64,000 nt of DNA, taken from assembly GCA_025839675.1 (NCBI GenBank), contig CP104013.1:3169121-3233120 (forward strand). Direction: 5' to 3'. The notes under the pieces were generated by a model that did not search any database, was not told the origin of the DNA, and worked only from the letters and a program-made list of their open reading frames with translations. The DNA comes from Candidatus Lokiarchaeum ossiferum (lineage in GTDB: Archaea > Asgardarchaeota > Lokiarchaeia > Sigyniarchaeales > Promethearchaeaceae). A program made the translations under genes and the position numbers. This document shows, piece by piece, positions 59,166 to 64,000 of this stretch. Numbering within the stretch: position 1 is the stretch's first letter; every line of letters begins with the position of its first letter.

Positions 59166-59271
59166 GCGTTTTTTTTTCTTTGTTTATTTCTAGATTTAAT
59201 ATGTCTATTACTTGGCAATCTTTATATTTATCTAGAACATTATACAAACCAGAAAGAAGTGAGAAATATCT

Positions 59272-59718
59272 ATGAAGCAATGGCAGATAACAGTAAAAAT
59301 TGCAGATGAACCCAAAGAGGATCTTATATTAGCAGATATTAATGAATTTTTAGAAGGATATCTTACTGTCCATCGGAATTTCTTTGATGAATTACTTAAT
59401 ATCGTGAAGATGATCAAAAAATATGTAATTGGCAAAGGAATTGAAAAAATTTTGGGCCCTGATAAAAAGGATTGGACACATAATTCTTGGGTTTTAGTAA
59501 TGTTTAAAGATAACGAAAAAAATATCCCGTTTTGGTTATTATTAAAACGCGAAAAAGATTTAAACGGAAATTTAGTCGCTATTGGGCCTGAAAAATTTGT
59601 CGATTATTGTAAAAAATCAACGGATCCAGATGATGAAATTAAGAAATTAATGGAATATATTGTTGCTTATCCTCAAAAGTTCAAGGTTTCCATAATAATT
59701 CCTAATTTTGTTGAATAA
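59272..59718 (+). CDS. Hypothetical protein (148 aa)
   Basis: ORF with a plausible context and no recognised motifs. Confidence 0.4.
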   Translation: MKQWQITVKIADEPKEDLILADINEFLEGYLTVHRNFFDELLNIVKMIKKYVIGKGIEKILGPDKKDWTHNSWVLVMFKDNEKNIPFWLLLKREKDLNGNLVAIGPEKFVDYCKKSTDPDDEIKKLMEYIVAYPQKFKVSIIIPNFVE

Positions 59719-59722
59719 TTTT

Positions 59723-60091
59723 TTATCTTCTATATTCTCTTTCATAAAATCCTCGAGATTTGTGTTTTCCAAAAGACAATAAACCTTCGGATTCTAACCG
59801 GGTTCGAAACTCCAGCGCTTGATCATAAGATATTTCACCATTATTCTCTAAATAATCAATAATCTCAATAGCTTGTTCATTTGTTGAACATCTTCTAATG
59901 AAATCAATTGCAGTTGGATCTTTTGGTTTTTGGGGGTTTTGTCGAATACCAGAAATTGGTACTGTCGCTTTTTTATTACTTTCCAACATTTCAGATGCCA
60001 AATTGGGTAACGAAGTAACAAATTCCTCTTTTTCATATTCTACTGTCAACTTATCATCAGAAAGCGTAGCTCTCGATTTATTTTTATTCAT
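59723..60091 (-). CDS. Hypothetical protein (122 aa)
   Basis: ORF with no recognised motifs. Confidence 0.4.
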   Translation of the reverse strand: MNKNKSRATLSDDKLTVEYEKEEFVTSLPNLASEMLESNKKATVPISGIRQNPQKPKDPTAIDFIRRCSTNEQAIEIIDYLENNGEISYDQALEFRTRLESEGLLSFGKHKSRGFYEREYRR

Positions 60092-60143
60092 AATATCTCA
60101 CTAAAAATAAAAGAAAACCCAAATTTTATTTTTTTGGGAAAAC

Positions 60144-61058
60144 TCAATCATTTTTTTTTTTTAGGTAATCTAATGAAATAGAATCACCCATTAATGTGCG
60201 AATCTTATCCTTAAACTCGATTTTTTCTAACTCAGCTAACGATGGTGTTTTATTTTTATCAAAATATTCTGATACTTTTTCATTTATGTCAATATTTGCT
60301 TCGGACAATATTTTTTTGAGAACATTCAATTCAGGAAAAGAAAAATGCAAAGAGTTTTTCATATAATCCCGCCATGCTTGAATCGTTATCGGAAAAAATT
60401 TTTCAGCCATTTCTACCATTGCTTCTGCATACTCGCGGATCTCAAATTGCGCGTGAGAATCGGTTCGAAGTGTTAAGAAATTGAGCAAATTTCTAAGGTC
60501 TGATTTATAGCAAAAGGTAGTATATAAAGAAAGAGGTAAATTAATTCGTGCAATTTCTCTCGCCACACCTCTTTCTAAATAATTATTATACTTTTTTAAT
60601 AAATCGTTAGCATCAGAATTAAATTCATCTCGTATTAACTCAGAATCGTTGAGAACAGTTCCAGTTCTCGCTTGTCTATTCCTTCTATCTTGAGTAGTAA
60701 TCCATTCAGATTTTGGAACATAATACTCATCAGTTGCCTCAGAGTATCGCAAACTAACTTCATTATAGGACCCTGTTCTATGTCTAAACCATTGTCGCGC
60801 CACAAAAAGTGGACAACGAATTCTAAAAACCAGCTCTCCAAATTCTAATGGACCAGAATGTTGATGTCTCATTAAATATCTGATTAGCTGTTTGGTTGAA
60901 GATACTTTTTTTGTCCCTTTATCATAGGATGTGCGCGCAGCATTTACAATAGCTTGATCAGAACCAAGTACATCTACGAGTTCAACAAATCCATGGTCAA
61001 GAATGTTTTTTACTTGTAATAATTCTCCTTTTTTTTCCATCGAGATCAACTTATTCAT
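60144..61058 (-). CDS. thyX: Flavin-dependent thymidylate synthase ThyX
   Basis: The ThyX signature RHRTGSYNEVSLRYSE (RHR-x7-S) is present, along with a FVARQWFRH block. Confidence 0.75.
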   Translation of the reverse strand: MNKLISMEKKGELLQVKNILDHGFVELVDVLGSDQAIVNAARTSYDKGTKKVSSTKQLIRYLMRHQHSGPLEFGELVFRIRCPLFVARQWFRHRTGSYNEVSLRYSEATDEYYVPKSEWITTQDRRNRQARTGTVLNDSELIRDEFNSDANDLLKKYNNYLERGVAREIARINLPLSLYTTFCYKSDLRNLLNFLTLRTDSHAQFEIREYAEAMVEMAEKFFPITIQAWRDYMKNSLHFSFPELNVLKKILSEANIDINEKVSEYFDKNKTPSLAELEKIEFKDKIRTLMGDSISLDYLKKKND

Positions 61059-61089
61059 TCAATGTTTATTAGTAATTTATGAATTCTTA

Positions 61090-61881
61090 TTAGATGATTA
61101 ATACTGGTTCAGCTGTCTCGATAAAATAAAAATTATCTCTGGGGAACTCTAAAGATAGTATTTTCTGCAGATTTTCCATCCCATGTTTTTCACTTGAATA
61201 GTGCGATGCTGCAATTAGATTCAAGTCCATTTTTTTTGCTATTTGGGCTTCTTGATAAGTAAATTCACCAGAAATAATGGTGTTACAACCTGCTCGAATT
61301 ATATCGATGAAATGACGGCTTTCAATTCCAGTGCCTCCTTTCACTAAAACCTTCTTAACAGTCTTCTTTGGGTTCCCAGCAATTTGTATAAAAGATAATC
61401 TTAAATTTCTTTTCAATGTGGTACATATTGATTCCACAGATGTATTCTCTTGGTATGGAAAACCGAATCTACCTAGAGAGTATGTTCTTTCATTTTTAGA
61501 AATTCGAAAAGTTCCTTCAATATTGATGCCCGCTTGTTTTGCTAAATTATCTGAAATTCCTCCCTTCGCATTGTGCCATGGTCGATGGATAACAAATAAT
61601 TTAATATCGCTCAGTGAGAGTAATTTTATCTCATTGTAAATACCATCATTAAAATATGTCATTGACTGATCAGTTAGACCATGATGCGAAATAATTATAT
61701 GTGATTTAAGTTTTCGGGCTTTCATAATCACTTCTTTATCACACTCGAGTGATATTGCAATATTATGCAAATTTTGATCTTTCATTAGGGAACCGAATTG
61801 TAATCCATAAGTTTCATCACTAAATTCAAGATTTTTTGGTGCTAATTTTTCTAATTTTTCCTTCAACATTGAAAAAAGCAT
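61090..61881 (-). CDS. NIF3-family (YqfO/YbgI-like) dinuclear metal-center protein
   Basis: 263 aa, with IIISHHGL and AASHYSSEKHGM motifs typical of NIF3. Confidence 0.65.
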   Translation of the reverse strand: MLFSMLKEKLEKLAPKNLEFSDETYGLQFGSLMKDQNLHNIAISLECDKEVIMKARKLKSHIIISHHGLTDQSMTYFNDGIYNEIKLLSLSDIKLFVIHRPWHNAKGGISDNLAKQAGINIEGTFRISKNERTYSLGRFGFPYQENTSVESICTTLKRNLRLSFIQIAGNPKKTVKKVLVKGGTGIESRHFIDIIRAGCNTIISGEFTYQEAQIAKKMDLNLIAASHYSSEKHGMENLQKILSLEFPRDNFYFIETAEPVLII

Positions 61882-61993
61882 AGTTACTTCTGATAGCGGA
61901 TGTATTAATAAACCCCCACCAAGTAATTTTTTTAATTTTAAAATTAATAATCAAAAAACAAAATGGTTATAACAAGTTAAAAAGTACTTAGAC

Positions 61994-62422
61994 TTGATAC
62001 ATATGAACGATCCCGAATGTTTATTTTGTAAAATTCTTGCTGGTGAGATCCCTAGTTACAAGGTTTTTGAATCAGAATTTACCCTTGCTTTTTTAGATAT
62101 TGCACCTGTAAGTGAAGGCCACACAGTTGTGATTCCTAAAAATCATTATTACAATCTTCTTGATATCCCAGAAAATGAGATTCTACCATTTTTTAATGAT
62201 TTAAAAACAGTTGCAAATCTTATCAAGACAAAACTTGGTTGTGAAGGATTTAATATTGTTCAAAATAATTTCCCTGCGGCGGGGCAGGTGATTCCTCACT
62301 TTCATTTTCACATTTGGCCTCGTATTTCAAGTGATAAACTCTCTCATTTTCAGCGAAATCCTGAAATTGCAAATAAGGAAGAGATTGAATCAGTTTTTAA
62401 GAAATTTACCAATGATTATTAA
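61994..62422 (+). CDS. HIT-family (histidine triad) hydrolase
   Basis: HTVVIPK...HFHFHIWPR is the HxHxHxx histidine triad. Confidence 0.8.
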   Translation: MIHMNDPECLFCKILAGEIPSYKVFESEFTLAFLDIAPVSEGHTVVIPKNHYYNLLDIPENEILPFFNDLKTVANLIKTKLGCEGFNIVQNNFPAAGQVIPHFHFHIWPRISSDKLSHFQRNPEIANKEEIESVFKKFTNDY

Positions 62423-62939
62423 AAACCAATAATCTTATTCTTTCGTAAAAACCAATTTGGAAGTTGAATCACCTGAGTTTCATCTAAAATTAACGAAAGA
62501 TCATTTTTTACAATATATTTTGGCACAATTATTCTTCGTTTGAGAGTATCGACATAAATATGAAAAAATTTTGTATCAATTTCTTTAATTTTACCATTAA
62601 TTTGTGAATATTCTTCTCCGTACAATATCATAGTCAATAGCTTATCTTGAACATCCGACAATAAAAAAAGGGAGAGGGTGATGACTTTTTAAAATAAAAG
62701 GATGACCCTTTCATCCCAGATTTCTTCAATTTAGATATTTCCGAGTGGAATTTGAATAGATTTCAGCGTAACTATAAAAAGTCATAAATTAAACTTAAAC
62801 TTAATTTCCAATTTTTTTTCTATCGTCATCAATCTATCCACTGATCGGTATCAGAACCACAAATCGTGTTCTTAAATATGGAAAGTAATAGGACTTTTTA
62901 TATTTACTCTAAAAGATTTACATTCTGAGATTTAGAAAA

Positions 62940-64000
62940 TCAGAGAAAATTTTTGATTGAAAGTTGTTTAGGAAGACTTTGCCCGATAAATGGAAGATTA
63001 CATTGTAATAACTGCATTTTTATCTCATTGGACAAGACAAATGGAACCATATTAACAAAAGCTCGCAATAAAAGTTCTTTATACTTCCCAATATCATAAT
63101 TCTTACCGCGTTCACGATAAATTTGAACAGGTAAAACTCGATCCATTTTATTAGGGGCACAATCATCTACAATAATAAACGAGATTTTTTGTCCTGCTCC
63201 TAGCGGTAAACCCGCCATTTGTAAATGCTTGGCTGCTATTGCTTGATAGTTCAACACACTATATTGTTCTGGTCGACGAGTCAAACGAATATTTACTGCC
63301 AGATCATCAATACTAACGGTACCCGATTCTAAATATGCAACATATTTTTTAAACACAGGAATAATAGTCTGTTTCAACAGCTGATCAAAGTTATGCCTGT
63401 AAGAGGAAGAGCCAATAACACGCATTAATTCTTCTTGAAATTTTTTAATTAAAATAGGTGAATCATGCCTTCTAAGCTCTAAGCCTCGAACTTTTGCTTT
63501 TCCTGAAGGTTTTATCCCCCAATAACGATTAAGAGCACCAATTAATGGATCTGCTTTTGTTGGTAAAAAAGAAATAAACTGGAAGTAATCTTTCGTAGAA
63601 TCATAAGAAATGGGAATATTTGTTCTTTGTGTGATTTCTTGAGTAATTTTTTGACATTCTGCATGAAAATTCTCCATACTCATTGATTGAGGGGATTGGA
63701 CGTAGAGTGAATCAACAATTCCATGTAAGTAGTGAATTCCATGTTTTTCAACTATCTCCATACCATCTATCAGAAATTCTCGAGCATAAGCACAAACTGC
63801 TTGATGAGCCTCAATACGGCCAAATCGAGCATTTCGAAATCCAAGATATCCAAAGCAAACAACTAATATCCATTTCAGCGCAGTTTGCATTTGATCATAT
63901 TTCTTTTTTATTCTTCCGTGGCTGGAAATTGCCAATTTTTTGTAATGCATGCGCTTAGTTAACGGGAGACGCAAGGAAAGAGGCACAACCCCAGTTCGTT
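62940..64000 (-). CDS. Family B DNA polymerase, C-terminal portion (partial; N-terminus beyond window end); motifs B and C degenerate
   Basis: KWILVVCFGYLGF...HQAVCAYAREF...IHYLHGIVDSLYV aligns with PolB KILANSFYGYYGY...AESVTAWGR...YIDTDGLYA. The N, S and Y of motif B are replaced. In motif C only the second Asp is retained (DTD becomes IVD). Confidence 0.6.
   Translation of the reverse strand, partial: RTGVVPLSLRLPLTKRMHYKKLAISSHGRIKKKYDQMQTALKWILVVCFGYLGFRNARFGRIEAHQAVCAYAREFLIDGMEIVEKHGIHYLHGIVDSLYVQSPQSMSMENFHAECQKITQEITQRTNIPISYDSTKDYFQFISFLPTKADPLIGALNRYWGIKPSGKAKVRGLELRRHDSPILIKKFQEELMRVIGSSSYRHNFDQLLKQTIIPVFKKYVAYLESGTVSIDDLAVNIRLTRRPEQYSVLNYQAIAAKHLQMAGLPLGAGQKISFIIVDDCAPNKMDRVLPVQIYRERGKNYDIGKYKELLLRAFVNMVPFVLSNEIKMQLLQCNLPFIGQSLPKQLSIKNFL

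Overview
This window reads as a coding-dense, AT-rich archaeal chromosome segment. I did not compute GC content; this is a visual impression.

Archaeal identity rests on these features:
- A 16S rRNA on the minus strand with a 5'-TCTGGTTGATCCTGCCAG start and a GGATCACCTCC-3' end.
- A thermosome, TFB, Orc1/Cdc6, class I LysRS, ABCE1 and ribosomal protein S17e.
- An L3-L4-L23 ribosomal protein cluster.

Recognisable housekeeping genes:
- Translation and RNA: thermosome, YchF/OLA1-like GTPase, MtaB-like methylthiotransferase, a NFACT/Rqc2 homologue, a probable Tsr3.
- Metabolism and replication: PyrI, ThyX, NIF3, a HIT protein, a subtilase, and a PolB C-terminal fragment at the window edge.

RNA genes:
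- Five tRNAs: Asn, Leu, Ala, and two Glu, one of which carries an intron.
- A 16S rRNA followed by tRNA-Ala but no 23S rRNA.
- A probable SRP (7S) RNA inside a 770-bp noncoding gap.

Accessory and unusual content:
- An ~8-kb compositionally foreign island next to the tRNA cluster, holding a VirB4/HerA-type ATPase and an 1818-aa protein whose N-terminal half is polyacidic.
- A second, membrane-anchored FtsK/HerA-like ATPase.
- An MglA/MglB-like small-GTPase plus roadblock operon whose roadblock gene has no canonical start codon.
- A Tad-like archaeal type IV pilus locus that carries an Orc1/Cdc6 paralog inside the operon: a Flp-like pilin, Orc1/Cdc6, a wHTH protein, a prepilin peptidase, a pilus ATPase and a platform protein. 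It lies beside a 1379-aa PKD-repeat surface protein.
- Duplicated RHH-regulator modules, one with a pseudogenised partner copy.

All calls come from reading the translations and the sequence by eye. No database searches were run.
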